Positions 63,752-64,000 of a DNA stretch of 64,000 bases are shown one piece after another. The notes under the pieces were generated by a model. It saw only the letters and a program-made list of their open reading frames with translations, ran no database searches and had not been told where the DNA came from. The stretch's first letter is position 1. Each line of letters opens with the position of its first letter. Both the position numbers and the translations under genes were made by a program. The DNA comes from Dehalococcoidia bacterium. Its GTDB lineage: Bacteria; Chloroflexota; Dehalococcoidia; DSTF01; WHTK01. Location: contig CBDDBP010000006.1 of assembly GCA_965225815.1 (NCBI GenBank), positions 314,066-378,065 of the forward strand, written 5' to 3'.

Positions 63752-64000
63752 CCTCTTCCAGCCGGGGCTTGCCTGGGCCAAGGCGAAAACTCACTGAGGA
63801 CAGTGCGCGCGAGTCGCGCTACTAGGTTGTGGGCGACGAAAGTGCCGATGGCCAGGGGGCATAGTGTCGGATAAGAAGCACCTGCGCAGGCGCCCTCGCA
63901 CCTGCGTTCGGGTCAGCTGAGGCTCGATTTGCGTGTAAAGGTAGGCGGTCGAAAGATACGGTAAGAGTCTTCCGTCCGGTGTTAACCGCAACGGACGGAT

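Overview
GC-rich bacterial DNA, probably Chloroflexota/Dehalococcoidia-like. This is an inference from the gene repertoire and the WWRRGRIEL/ssrA-type recombinase scars. 1-31 kb: mostly ordinary genes (FliA/WhiG sigma factor, apt, PPi-PFK, Flp pilin, aromatic-catabolism cluster, CoA transferase/lyase, haloacetate dehalogenase, ABC exporter), with several frameshifted accessory genes. 31.5-48.6 kb is the most interesting part: an array of unrelated cargo genes punctuated by three recurring non-genic signals. (i) About 11 same-strand copies of an orphan gene 3' end (...HLDFAIAEFQDMKMQPALERALGRRGLLKA*) that differ mostly at synonymous positions. (ii) A 28-bp 11-6-11 palindromic site (core CAC[T/G]AT-N6-AT[C/A]GTG) at gene boundaries, including an inverted pair bracketing a TPP-riboswitch thiamine operon. 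(iii) A repeated TTGACA-N16/17-CAGAAT promoter-like motif. Two tmRNA-3'-end-like scars fused to serine recombinase C-termini enclose this region. Together it looks like an integron/pdif-like gene-cassette system with no intact recombinase in the window. 48-64 kb is a decayed mobile/defence island: an intact DUF5131+TcmP pair, an AlbA_2 protein, fragments of HsdR, nSTAND3, an MTase, an OLD-like protein, IS3, integrases and an LRR protein, a 5.4-kb segment between ~60-bp inverted repeats, and a rhodanese fragment with UGA at the catalytic Cys position (probable selenocysteine). All family calls come from reading motifs by eye; no database search was run.
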